A stretch of DNA of 64,000 nucleotides from Candidatus Zhuqueibacterota bacterium (lineage in GTDB: Bacteria > Zhuqueibacterota > Zhuqueibacteria > Oceanimicrobiales > Oceanimicrobiaceae), in assembly GCA_029262005.1 (NCBI GenBank), contig JAJDAG010000038.1:180-64179 (forward strand). Reading direction: 5' to 3'. The first letter of the stretch is position 1. Every line of letters begins with the position of its first letter. The position numbers were made by a program, and so were the translations under genes. Below are positions 40,141 through 49,567 of this stretch, in pieces. The notes under the pieces were generated by a model. It had not been told where the DNA came from, did not search any database, and was given only the letters and a program-made list of their open reading frames with translations.

Positions 40141-40959
40141 ATGGGGGAAGCGCTGCACCACCCCGGGTTTTATTCTTTCAGTTCAGCAAAAAGTAATTTG
40201 ACTTTGTTCGCGGAAATGTTACTCTCTTTGAGAATGGACATGGATAAACTTGAAAAATACTACTCCGGATTTTGGCTTGACTGCCCACGCGGGAACAATG
40301 CATTTTCCTATGAGGAACGCAGCAATAAACGTATTTATGTTGCCCCGGTTGTCCAGGCGGGACCGGCGGCGCTGCAAACTTCTGACAAGACAGCTTTTAG
40401 CGAAATAGAAGGCGGGCTGGAGTACAACAGGAAAGGTCTGGAGAATTTCTTGATTTTCGAACACGAGAACAAAGTTGTCTCGATTTTTGATAACCACAAC
40501 CATGCTTTTTTCTTTTGGATGTGGGGACTCAAGACTGGCAGGGTGCAGTTGAATTCCACGCTTGTGCATGTGGATCAACACACCGACATGCGCAAGCCGG
40601 AAGATTATTTCGCGATTTCGAACGACGGCGATATTGATTTGCAGCTTGCTTTTGAATACACAAACTATGATTTGAATGTTGGTAATTTCATTCAACCGGC
40701 GCTAAAAGCCGGCATCTTTTCTGATATCCATATCATAGATAGCCAAGCTGCCTTCGAAAAAGTTTTACCAGAAAAATACGTGCTTGATGTCGATCTCGAT
40801 ATTTTTGCTGACGATATGTCCTACATTGACACCGACTTTAAGATTGAACGAATCCGCAGTTATATTAAACAAACAAGCTTCATTACTTTTGCAACCAGCC
40901 CTTATTTTGTCGAGCAGGAAGTTGCCATTCAGATGGTAAAGAGGTTGCTTGCGCCATAA
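40141..40959 (+). CDS. UPF0489 family (arginase/HDAC-like fold) protein; start uncertain
   Basis: 'IFDNHNHAF', 'LVHVDQHTDM', 'NVGNFIQPA', 'LDVDLDIF', 'ATSPYF'. Confidence 0.8.
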   Translation: MGEALHHPGFYSFSSAKSNLTLFAEMLLSLRMDMDKLEKYYSGFWLDCPRGNNAFSYEERSNKRIYVAPVVQAGPAALQTSDKTAFSEIEGGLEYNRKGLENFLIFEHENKVVSIFDNHNHAFFFWMWGLKTGRVQLNSTLVHVDQHTDMRKPEDYFAISNDGDIDLQLAFEYTNYDLNVGNFIQPALKAGIFSDIHIIDSQAAFEKVLPEKYVLDVDLDIFADDMSYIDTDFKIERIRSYIKQTSFITFATSPYFVEQEVAIQMVKRLLAP

Positions 40960-40963
40960 CTTT

Positions 40964-42049
40964 TTATCGCAAGTGCACAGCGGCGCCCAGGGTTACGCCA
41001 GGGTAGTCTGCCATGGTGTAGCTCGCGTAGGCAGACAATAAATAGAAGTCCAATCGCAAACCGATACTGGCTCGCATCTTGTTGGGACCTGTAAACGACA
41101 GAGCAACAGGGTCTTCTAAGTCATCAATTATTGTCTTTCCAAAATTTGGGCTCGCGAGATTTGTTTCTATTGAAGTAGCCGGATAAGTGCCAGTCAGGTT
41201 CAAGTCCAGGCTTGAAGTTTCGATACCAATCCCCCCGAACAATGTAAAAATAGCCAGTTTTTTAGATGCCAGCAGGTTGAAAGTAAAAGCGTTGGCTTCA
41301 ACCTTCACCTTTTGATTGTCATAGCTGGCTCCGGATGGGATAGCAGTCTGATCCGGAGCGACATCCAGATCGGCCTGTGTCTGCAAAGTGGTGACACCAG
41401 CCAAAACAGCCAGGTCCAGAGGGAAGTTACTGCCACCGGGAATCCATTGGTTGAGACTATGTTTTACGCCAAACCCCAGCATTTTTACGCTGCCGACATC
41501 CTTTTCAAATTCTGTTTCAGGGAAGAAACGCAAAATGAAATCAGTATTCAGCGGCAGACCTACGGACGCCTGAATCATAGGCGCCGGCACATAATTTATA
41601 CCTGTGCCCTTTGGCAGTTGCAGCGTTGAAACCACCTCATCCTGGCGGGTCAGTGGATTCTGTAAAACAAGGTCGAGAAGCGGTCCTGCGACATCATCGC
41701 CAACAATGGTAGGTGCAATGGTGTTATTTGGGTCTTGTGGACGCATAAACTGCAAGCCAAGCGTAGAAACATCAAAAGTTTCGTCGCTGGAAGGAGCAGT
41801 AGCAGCGCTCGCAGAAACGGTTAAATCAAACCCGAGGAATTTATGTGTTTTTGCCGTGTAGTACCAGCCGTTGTTCAGGTCTGCGCCGAAACCATTACCC
41901 AACGGCCGCAAATATTCATTGATAAGGATTTGGGCATCGCCAACACCGCCGCGGATTAATTCACCGGCATTTTCAATTTGTGCATTACCAGGCTTCGCGT
42001 AAAAACAGCAAAGGGAAAATAGCAGCGTGATTTTGATTAATTTATTCAT
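40964..42049 (-). CDS. DUF6588-like outer-membrane protein
   Basis: Signal peptide; 'FGADLNNGWY', 'PMIQASVGLP', 'GFGVKHS'; beta-rich C-terminus; RBS AAGGAGG. Confidence 0.75.
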   Translation of the reverse strand: MNKLIKITLLFSLCCFYAKPGNAQIENAGELIRGGVGDAQILINEYLRPLGNGFGADLNNGWYYTAKTHKFLGFDLTVSASAATAPSSDETFDVSTLGLQFMRPQDPNNTIAPTIVGDDVAGPLLDLVLQNPLTRQDEVVSTLQLPKGTGINYVPAPMIQASVGLPLNTDFILRFFPETEFEKDVGSVKMLGFGVKHSLNQWIPGGSNFPLDLAVLAGVTTLQTQADLDVAPDQTAIPSGASYDNQKVKVEANAFTFNLLASKKLAIFTLFGGIGIETSSLDLNLTGTYPATSIETNLASPNFGKTIIDDLEDPVALSFTGPNKMRASIGLRLDFYLLSAYASYTMADYPGVTLGAAVHLR

Positions 42050-42200
42050 GTTACCTCCTTGCGTGGTCCGCGTGTGTCAGAACTTCACATGAAGTCGGGA
42101 TGGTTTTTGATTTGCTCTGTTTGTGTCTGCAGTATTTTTAATGTGCAAAAATATTAGCTTTTGTGCAAGGGTTAGTTGGCTTTGGTGGTTGCAAAACCGC

Positions 42201-42305
42201 TTGCATCTTTCCTGCAAATATCCTATTTTTTCTGCCTGGTAACAATTTTGACTGAACAAAATTTAGAACGCGCCTTCAACGGTTGAGCCTTGAAGGCATT
42301 TTTTT
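42201..42305 (+). promoter_or_regulatory. Candidate promoter plus two-hairpin leader ending in a T-tract upstream of the GMC operon
   Basis: TTGCAT-N17-TATTTT; AATTTTG/CAAAATT hairpin (42244-42263); GCCTTCAA/TTGAAGGC stem (42272-42297) followed by ATTTTTTT. Confidence 0.45.
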
Positions 42306-42323
42306 GTATGGATTTCTGAAACA

Positions 42324-43892
42324 TTGACTACGAAGACTGACAAACAAAATGAATACGACGCTATCGTCATTGGTAGCGGTTTCGGTGGGTGCATGACCGC
42401 GCATGCGCTGGTCAATGCCGGTAAGAAAGTGCTTATGTTGGAGCGCGGCGACTGGGTAGAACGCGGCGAGCACAATTGGTCGATGGCTGGCTCCCTGGAT
42501 TTGACGCCACATTATTCAAAAGAAATTCCATATCGCGTTTTGGCCGGCGGTAACAGTCCGGTGATGGGTGCTTGTACTTGTGTTGGCGGCCCGTCTGTTT
42601 TTTATGGCGCAGTTTCAATGCGATTTCGCGAGGCGGATTTTGCGCCTACCGATGAAATTGTGGCTGAATCGGGCGCAGAGTGGCCGTTAAAATATAAGGA
42701 CTTGGAGCAGTACTACACACGCGCTGAAGAGATTGTCGGTATTGCGGGTGATGCCGGGGCAGACCCAACTGAACCCCCGCGTTCAAAGCCGTACACGCAA
42801 GGCGTTGGCCCACTTGCAGATACATCTAAAATGATTCAGGCCGCGGCCGAGTCTTTGAACTTGCACCCGTTCAGAATGCCGCTTGCAATCAACTATGCAA
42901 ATAATAATGGTCGCGCCGGGTGCACGGCTTGCCCGACTTGCGATACTTTTGCTTGTGCGATTCAAGCGAAAAATGATTTGGCCACCACGGTTATTCCGAG
43001 GCTGCTGGAAAAGGGCATGACGCTCAAAACCAATACCATTGCCACTCATTTACGCCCTGAAAATGATGCAATCTCCGAAGTGGTTTGTTTCGATAGAAAT
43101 AAAAATACGGAAGTTCGCTATTCAAGTAAAGTCGTGATTTTATCTGCCGGCGCGTTGGCCTCTCCGCATTTGTTGCTTGCCTCCGGACTTGAAAAATTGA
43201 ATCCTGGCGGACAGAATGTTGGCCGTTATCTTATGCGTCACTGCAATGCGATTGCATTTGGATTCTTCATAAAACAACCAAATCCCAAAGACGAATTTCA
43301 TAAACAACTGGCTGTTCATGATTATTATTTCGGGCACGAAACAGTCGAAAGCCCAAAAGGCAAGCTTGGCAGTATGCAGCAGTTGCAGACGCCGCCCATC
43401 GGCCTTGTGCAATCCATGGTTCCCTGGCCGTTTGGAAAATTGTTGGGACTGGGGGTGCCACATCTCACCGGGCTGTTGGTGATGGCTGAGGACCAGCCTC
43501 GTTTTGATAACAGACTCACACTGGATGCAAGTGCAGTCGATAGATTTGGCTTGCCGCAACTTTTGGTTACGCACAATCACACTGAACGGGACTATGCTGC
43601 CAGGGAAGCGCTCTTGCAAAAAGCCGGGACGATTCTGAAAAAAGCCGGCGCGCTTTTTTGTTACAACCACAAAATTAAAACGTTTTCACACGCAGTGGGC
43701 ACGGTGCGAATGGGCAACGATCCGCAAAACTCTGCACTTGATGAGAATTGTCAATTCCGCGGGTTGAAGAATTTATTTGTTGTTGATGGCAGTTTTATGC
43801 CGACCTCTGGCGGGCTGAACCCGAGTCTGACCATTTCTGCAAACGCGTTGCGGGTCGGAGATTATCTCACAAATGCGTCGAACCTCTTCTAA
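42324..43892 (+). CDS. GMC family flavin oxidoreductase
   Basis: 'IVIGSGFGG', 'VGGPS', 'WPLKYKDLEQYY', Cys cluster 'CTACPTCDTFAC', 'HAVGTVRMG', 'NPSLTISANALR'. Confidence 0.93.
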   Translation: MTTKTDKQNEYDAIVIGSGFGGCMTAHALVNAGKKVLMLERGDWVERGEHNWSMAGSLDLTPHYSKEIPYRVLAGGNSPVMGACTCVGGPSVFYGAVSMRFREADFAPTDEIVAESGAEWPLKYKDLEQYYTRAEEIVGIAGDAGADPTEPPRSKPYTQGVGPLADTSKMIQAAAESLNLHPFRMPLAINYANNNGRAGCTACPTCDTFACAIQAKNDLATTVIPRLLEKGMTLKTNTIATHLRPENDAISEVVCFDRNKNTEVRYSSKVVILSAGALASPHLLLASGLEKLNPGGQNVGRYLMRHCNAIAFGFFIKQPNPKDEFHKQLAVHDYYFGHETVESPKGKLGSMQQLQTPPIGLVQSMVPWPFGKLLGLGVPHLTGLLVMAEDQPRFDNRLTLDASAVDRFGLPQLLVTHNHTERDYAAREALLQKAGTILKKAGALFCYNHKIKTFSHAVGTVRMGNDPQNSALDENCQFRGLKNLFVVDGSFMPTSGGLNPSLTISANALRVGDYLTNASNLF

Positions 43893-43901
43893 CCGGAGGG
43901 T

Positions 43902-44900
43902 ATGAAATTGAGCCAAGAAAAAGTCTTGAACCTTGCGTTTCTCGGTTGTGGTTTTGCAACACATCTTCATAGTAAAACGTTGTCTGGTTTTGGTGGTCGT
44001 GTGCATTGCCACTATGCCAGCCGGGATATTGCCAAGGCAGAATCTTACAACATTAAATATAAAGGAGATGGTGCATTTGCATCCTACGAGGCTGCCATAC
44101 AGTCCGATAGAATTGATGCCGTCCTGGTTGCCACACCGCCGGTTCAGCACCTTGGCCTGACTTTGTCGGCGCTGCGGGCTGGAAAACATGTTATTGTAGA
44201 AAAGCCACCTTTTTTAACTACCAGAGATTTTGACAGGGTGATTAATGAGCAGAAGAAAAGTGGCAAACAGGTTTTTGTTGCAGAGAATTATTTTTACAAG
44301 CCGCTACTAAGGCAATTGCGTCAACTCATCCAGTCTGGCATTATCGGGGATATTCTTTTTGTGAATGCCAACGCGCTCAAGGAGCAAAAAATTACAGATT
44401 GGCGTGATAATGCCGAACTTTCCGGCGGCGGTGCCTTGTTTGAAGGCGGTATTCATTGGGTCAACTTCGTTGCAAATCTTGGTTTGACCCTTGATTCGGT
44501 GCATGGGTTTCGGCCTGGCTCGCATGCAGGTATGGACAGAAGCATGCTTGTGGGCTTGCGCTATGCCGAGGGCGCTGTTGGCACACTTTTTTATTCGTGG
44601 GAAACGCCATCTCTTTTTAAAGGGCTGCGAATGTCCAAGATTTACGGTAGAAAAGGCAGCATCACATTTGAGTCCAATGGTATTTTTATGATTGTGCGTG
44701 GCACGAAGAAGCGGTTTATCCTGCCTGGATTCAAAGATATTGCCGGCTACAAAGGCATGTTCAGTGATTTTATCACAGCTATGCAGGAAGGCCGACCGGC
44801 CGTGTTTACACTTGAAATGGCGCGTAACGATCTTCAAACAATAGAGCAAGTCTACGCTTCGGTTAAATCGGCAACAAAAGAAAAGAAAACTTCCAATTAA
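43902..44900 (+). CDS. Gfo/Idh/MocA NAD(P)-dependent oxidoreductase
   Basis: 'LGCGF', 'VLVATPP', 'GKHVIVEKP', 'GGGALFEGGIHW'. Confidence 0.9.
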   Translation: MKLSQEKVLNLAFLGCGFATHLHSKTLSGFGGRVHCHYASRDIAKAESYNIKYKGDGAFASYEAAIQSDRIDAVLVATPPVQHLGLTLSALRAGKHVIVEKPPFLTTRDFDRVINEQKKSGKQVFVAENYFYKPLLRQLRQLIQSGIIGDILFVNANALKEQKITDWRDNAELSGGGALFEGGIHWVNFVANLGLTLDSVHGFRPGSHAGMDRSMLVGLRYAEGAVGTLFYSWETPSLFKGLRMSKIYGRKGSITFESNGIFMIVRGTKKRFILPGFKDIAGYKGMFSDFITAMQEGRPAVFTLEMARNDLQTIEQVYASVKSATKEKKTSN

Positions 44901-44966
44901 GGAGTTCTGCCGGCGTTGCAAGCGCTTGTTCATTTTTATTTAGACTTCAAATATCTGGAGGGATGA

Positions 44967-45788
44967 ATGGAGTATATTATTGCTTTAATTGTTGGTTTGT
45001 GTGCGGGCCTGCACACATCGACATGGGGAATGTACAAAGATGTGCCGTATGAAGGTTTTACCTGGCCGAGATATTTTCGCAGTACAGTCATCAGCGCTTT
45101 GGCTGCCATGGCTGTGGTGAAATTCACAGACCTGGATGTGACTATGGCTTCAGGCATGATTGTTTTGTTCGCCTTTACCTATGTTATCGAGCGTGCTTTT
45201 GTCGAATATTGGAAAACGTTTCTGCGTGTACAGGATCAATCAAAGTTTTTTATTCCAATGCAATTTAGTGTTGGCGGTAATGTGGTTAAAAGTAATGCAG
45301 TTAGATTGGCGGCCGCGGCGGCTTATTTGGCAGGTGTGGTTCTCGTCGTTTGGGGTGTCTCGTATTTGCAGACAGCCAACTTTGGCTTAAACGGACTTAT
45401 GACTGTTTTGGTTCTCGGTAGTATTGGCGGCTGGATTTCGGCGTTTGGCGGCGCATGGAAGGATGCGCCAAAAGAAGGTTTTGAAACGCTGAAGTTTTTC
45501 CGCAGCCCCGGCATGGCTTTGTCTTACGCTTTCGTGCTGGCAAATTTTACAGATAATTATTTATTCATTGTGTTTGGTGCGCTAGGCATGACCATTGCCA
45601 CCATTGAGACTTATAAAACATTTTTCTTTCCGAGCAGGCCGCGCGGTAAATTTTCCGGCAAGGAAATTCAGTTTCCCGGCATGCTGAAAAAGAGGCAGCG
45701 CTTTGTGCCGCTGTATGTGGTAATCTGGATTGCGATTATTGTGACAACGATTGTGGCTTTTGTTCAGCCGCATCAGGGGTTGGTTTAG
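44967..45788 (+). CDS. Hypothetical membrane protein with internal duplication
   Basis: About 8 TM segments; the motif KDxPxEGFxxxxxFRS occurs twice; RBS GGAGG. Confidence 0.8.
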   Translation: MEYIIALIVGLCAGLHTSTWGMYKDVPYEGFTWPRYFRSTVISALAAMAVVKFTDLDVTMASGMIVLFAFTYVIERAFVEYWKTFLRVQDQSKFFIPMQFSVGGNVVKSNAVRLAAAAAYLAGVVLVVWGVSYLQTANFGLNGLMTVLVLGSIGGWISAFGGAWKDAPKEGFETLKFFRSPGMALSYAFVLANFTDNYLFIVFGALGMTIATIETYKTFFFPSRPRGKFSGKEIQFPGMLKKRQRFVPLYVVIWIAIIVTTIVAFVQPHQGLV

Positions 45789-46156
45789 CTCGCCTCAGGC
45801 ATTAGTTGCGGATAGACCATCAGTTTTTTTGCTTGTTTTATTGTAACCGAACCTGGTTTTGCTTTTGGTGGTTTTGCGACCTGCTTAATCAGGCAGTGGT
45901 GTACCGCAACTTTGCCGCCATCCCGCATTTTGGAAAAATAGGCTGCGAGCCCCGCTGCCTCTAGCAGGCTCCCTCGATCGGGTTTGACTTTTGCTTCGCC
46001 GCAACGCAGGACAACATGACTTCCGGGCGCACCATTTACATGCATCCAAATATCATTGGGATGACTGACGCGAAATGTAAGTTCATCATTGCTGAAGTCA
46101 TCCTGACCTACCAGTATTTCAATACCTGTGCTACTTATGAATTTTTTTATTTTCAC
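45785..46156 (-). CDS. NFACT RNA-binding (DUF814) domain protein
   Basis: 'ILVGQDDFSNDELT', 'DIWMHVNGAPGSHVVL', 'AAGLAAYFSK', 'KPPKAKPGSV'. Confidence 0.9.
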   Translation of the reverse strand: MKIKKFISSTGIEILVGQDDFSNDELTFRVSHPNDIWMHVNGAPGSHVVLRCGEAKVKPDRGSLLEAAGLAAYFSKMRDGGKVAVHHCLIKQVAKPPKAKPGSVTIKQAKKLMVYPQLMPEAS

Positions 46157-46351
46157 TTGACTGATTCGGTAACCGTGAAAATTAATTGTTGTAAATTCAA
46201 CAAAAGAAACAATAAGTTATGTTTAGCCGAAAATTCTGAGTTTGCTGTTAGTCCAAACCCATTTTTCAGGGAGCGGAACTGAAGCGTGACTATTTATCTG
46301 AAATAAAAACAACTGTTGATGTCAAAGTGTCGGAATGCTTCCAGATGTTTT

Positions 46352-46939
46352 TTATTTTTTGCTTTCAGTGTGCATCATTTGGACCCGCTGCTTCACTGTG
46401 TTCAGGTGATGCAGGTTGTGGTAAATTGTGAAAAGGAGCATCTCACGCACGGACAATTTGCCGAGTAATGGGTGTGGCAGCAGATGTTTGTCCAACTGGC
46501 GATTTGACCATTTCTGTATGACTTTGCTAAGATTATGTCCTGTCTTTTGCCATTTCAGCAGGAGGTCTTTGCGTACAGCTTCAGCCTCGGCCTGTGATGC
46601 TGGAAGTTCTTTAAGGGGTGGTGCAAAACGGCCTGCCCCGGCTCCCTGGCTGAGTACCGTCAAATATGCCTCCTGAATTTGGTGGTATTGCTTCGAAGGC
46701 AGATCTGATTTACCAAATGCTGCTGCCAAAATAAATTTGGGTAATCGCATTGCCTGGTACAATGGCCCGGCTGATTTTATCAAATGCTGAAGCGTGTCGC
46801 AGGCTGACCACTTCCCCTGCGGACGAGTAAAAAAATCGTCAAGAGATAATCCTTTCATTGCTATCCTGAATTCCTGAGTCACTTTATCGAGCGCTACAAG
46901 AATTTTTTTACGCGAATATAAATTCTCGATTTGTTCCAA
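46352..46939 (-). CDS. DinB family protein
   Basis: 'GKWSACDTLQHL', 'LPHPLLGKLSVREMLLFTIYHNLHH'. Confidence 0.88.
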   Translation of the reverse strand: MEQIENLYSRKKILVALDKVTQEFRIAMKGLSLDDFFTRPQGKWSACDTLQHLIKSAGPLYQAMRLPKFILAAAFGKSDLPSKQYHQIQEAYLTVLSQGAGAGRFAPPLKELPASQAEAEAVRKDLLLKWQKTGHNLSKVIQKWSNRQLDKHLLPHPLLGKLSVREMLLFTIYHNLHHLNTVKQRVQMMHTESKK

Positions 46940-47299
46940 AACGGCATTCTCCTTTCCTCCCCTTTTCTTGACGTTAAGTTAACTTTGTAACATATTCAGC
47001 GAATGTGAGATTGTCAAGAGGAAAAAAGCAGACATTGCGGAGGACTTCGCCTCAATCTTGGAAAACGTGCAAATAAGTACCTAAGAGTGGTGTTCTATTG
47101 TAATTTGATTTTGTTTCTTTCGAAGGCGTTAGAGAATACCGCCCGGGGTACAGTCGGTTATGTTGTCACGGGATTGGTTTGCCGTTCGAGAGTCTGTTTA
47201 TTTGCAGATGAAAAGCAAAAACGGGTTGTAGATATGCGCTTTTGTGGATGGGAAATGCGGGGTCGCTTCTGCAGGAAGTGGCCTGAAGAGTGGCGGGCA

Positions 47300-47653
47300 T
47301 CAGCGCCCGTACGCCGCAATCAAGGATTCAATCGCCCGAGTGGTTTCGTTTTGTGTCTGTTGAATTTTGAAGCCTGTGTTGTAAAAGCCTGGGTCAAATT
47401 TTTTAGCACTCCAGAGGCTTTCTGCTTCAAACGTGATACTATCTGTTTCAGGGATATCTTCCGGAAGCTGTATTTTCATTGTGTAAGTGCGTTTGGTTGC
47501 AAGATTTTCCTCGTTCATCAGCAGGAATCCTTCTACATGAATATCGAGAACTTGTCCCATGAGTTCGTCATTGTCGGCGCTGTGCACATTGAGAAAACAG
47601 GAAAGCCGGTTGCGTTTTAGGCGTCTTTTCTCAAGCATTTTGACGCTCCTCAA
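47300..47653 (-). CDS. PilZ domain protein
   Basis: 'EKRRLKR' (RxxxR) and 'DIHVEG' (D/NxSxxG-like); 'GFYNTGF'. Confidence 0.75.
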   Translation of the reverse strand: MRSVKMLEKRRLKRNRLSCFLNVHSADNDELMGQVLDIHVEGFLLMNEENLATKRTYTMKIQLPEDIPETDSITFEAESLWSAKKFDPGFYNTGFKIQQTQNETTRAIESLIAAYGR

Positions 47654-47778
47654 TATAGGTATGTGTGCTTGATTGAAAACATATCGACAATGTGGCGCGG
47701 TACCTCAACCTGCATTTCTAATTTTTCACAAGTAAAAACAAAGAGCCGTATTTTGAACCCTGCACAGCGAGCCTGTTC

Positions 47779-48195
47779 TTATTCCGGATCTGTTTTTTCA
47801 GAAGAAGAAATGCGAGCATCTTCCCATTGCAAAAAAAGGACAATATCGCGCTTTATGGATTTTAGAACAAAGCCAATAACGGTGGCGTCGTCGAGGTAAC
47901 CGCTACCAGGTATGAAATCGGGGACAATATCGAATGGATTAACAAAGTAGACGATGGCGGCAATTACAAACAGGAGTGTTTGCCAGGGAATGGCATAATC
48001 TCCGCGAATCCAGACTTTCATTAAGCGAAACAGCGCCTGCAAATCTTCCCAAATATTTTTCAGTGTGGTTTGATGTCGTTCTGCTTTGGCAATTGCCGCG
48101 CTAAGGAGGTGCTCGGCCTTGTCCTTATCTTCAATGTATTCTTGTGCGGTCCTGCTCGCAGTGTCGAACCCGTCTGGCTTGCTGTTTTTTTTCAT
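47779..48195 (-). CDS. YkvA/DUF1232 family protein
   Basis: 'YFVNPFDIVPDFIPGSGYLDDA'. Confidence 0.9.
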   Translation of the reverse strand: MKKNSKPDGFDTASRTAQEYIEDKDKAEHLLSAAIAKAERHQTTLKNIWEDLQALFRLMKVWIRGDYAIPWQTLLFVIAAIVYFVNPFDIVPDFIPGSGYLDDATVIGFVLKSIKRDIVLFLQWEDARISSSEKTDPE

Positions 48196-48332
48196 TGTCG
48201 TGTTCCACCATGTTTAAAGGTGCTGCATTTCACTGTCCTGTCAGGTTTGAATAACCGGGTGCTCAGCATATTTGTGGTTCTGTGTGGCTCCAATTGTTAT
48301 CAATCACGCGCCAAGGGCTTTTTGTTTTACAA

Positions 48333-48524
48333 CTACCGCCTAAGAGCCAACGCCATTAAACCAATATAAAGGTTCACCTCCGCAAAGTAAAGAATTTCAT
48401 GCGCCGCCATATTGCCGTCCGGCTGATAATCATCAATCTCGTTTGTTTCAGTGTAAATGAAATTGACTTCTTGCAATTCTCCGGATCTTTTTTGGACATG
48501 GTGAAACGATGTCTGTAAAATCAT
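48333..48524 (-). CDS. Possible small hypothetical protein (63 aa)
   Basis: Lies in a non-coding gap; plausible composition is the only support. Confidence 0.35.
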   Translation of the reverse strand: MILQTSFHHVQKRSGELQEVNFIYTETNEIDDYQPDGNMAAHEILYFAEVNLYIGLMALALRR

Positions 48525-48658
48525 ACATTTGGGTAAAGTGTTATTCGTTGTTATTCGATATTATAATTGGATGTAAGCACAATGGCTGCGGCGATAATAA
48601 GGGTTGGATGCCTTGTAGTCACCAACAAACTGACGTGTATGATTTTTACCTTTGATAT

Positions 48659-49546
48659 GTGGTTTCCATGGACCTGACAGAGATAAGAGATTACCAGGTA
48701 GACGGAAAAATATGCAATAAGCTCTGCTTCAGCCTTTATGAGGGAATGAGCCGTTTGACAGGAGAAAAACGCTTTCTCAAGGTTCTTGACGAAGCCCTGA
48801 GTAAAGATGAAACCTGTGTTTTTGATTACCTGAACGGAGCTCGTTTAAGCAGCTTGCTTGAGTGCAATCAGGTCTGCAGGGTGTACCATTACGGCAAGGA
48901 AGCCGGCCATTATGTGATCGTTTCGGAGCACGTAGCTGAAAAATCGCTGAGTTTGTTTCTACAGGAGCAATTCCCTCTGGACATGAAGCATGTGACGGAT
49001 ATCATCAACAATATTGCCAGGACGCTGAGAGAGGTTCACTTGCGTGGCCTGGTGCACAGTGTGCTTAACCCGAGTTGTATTTTTGTCAACGAAGAAGGGT
49101 ATGTTAAACTTGATGATTTTGGCTACAATTGGGCTGTGCCGTATTTGTTCCAGCGAGAAGAACCGGAATCTACTTACCTTTCACACTATCTTTCACCCGA
49201 AGTCTATTTTCATCGTGGTAGAATTGATGGCCGGGCTGATATCTACTCGCTTGGTGTTGTTTTCCTGCAACTCCTCACAGATAATTTTAGTCTCAACGGA
49301 CATGTTAATGCCACTTTTAAACACTCTTTACTGTTGGCCACCATGCATAAAGCAAAACGGATTTACCCGAAAAACGCAGAGCAAATCGAGAAAATTCTCA
49401 CAAGAGCGTTAAGTCTTAATCCGGGAGACCGGTATCAAAACATGAATGAGTTTGCTGCTGCCATGAAGGTGCTTAAACCTGAAATGCCGGCGGTTGGTGC
49501 CATCTACCTAAAAGTAAAAAAAAGCCCAAAGAGACCCGGTTCATGA
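48659..49546 (+). CDS. Soluble Hanks-type pseudokinase (kinase domain only)
   Basis: 'RFLK', 'HSVLNPSC' in place of HRDxKxxN, 'DDFG', 'YLSPE', 'ADIYSLG', 'PGDRY'. Confidence 0.8.
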   Translation: MVSMDLTEIRDYQVDGKICNKLCFSLYEGMSRLTGEKRFLKVLDEALSKDETCVFDYLNGARLSSLLECNQVCRVYHYGKEAGHYVIVSEHVAEKSLSLFLQEQFPLDMKHVTDIINNIARTLREVHLRGLVHSVLNPSCIFVNEEGYVKLDDFGYNWAVPYLFQREEPESTYLSHYLSPEVYFHRGRIDGRADIYSLGVVFLQLLTDNFSLNGHVNATFKHSLLLATMHKAKRIYPKNAEQIEKILTRALSLNPGDRYQNMNEFAAAMKVLKPEMPAVGAIYLKVKKSPKRPGS

Positions 49547-49567
49547 CCCTTTGAGCCCGCTCCCGGT

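Noticed and set aside
39503-40201. 232-aa plus-strand ORF
   Set aside because: Overlaps the macro-domain gene on the opposite strand and has an unnatural composition.
47087-47620. 177-aa plus-strand ORF
   Set aside because: Antisense to the PilZ gene; Cys/Phe-rich shadow frame.
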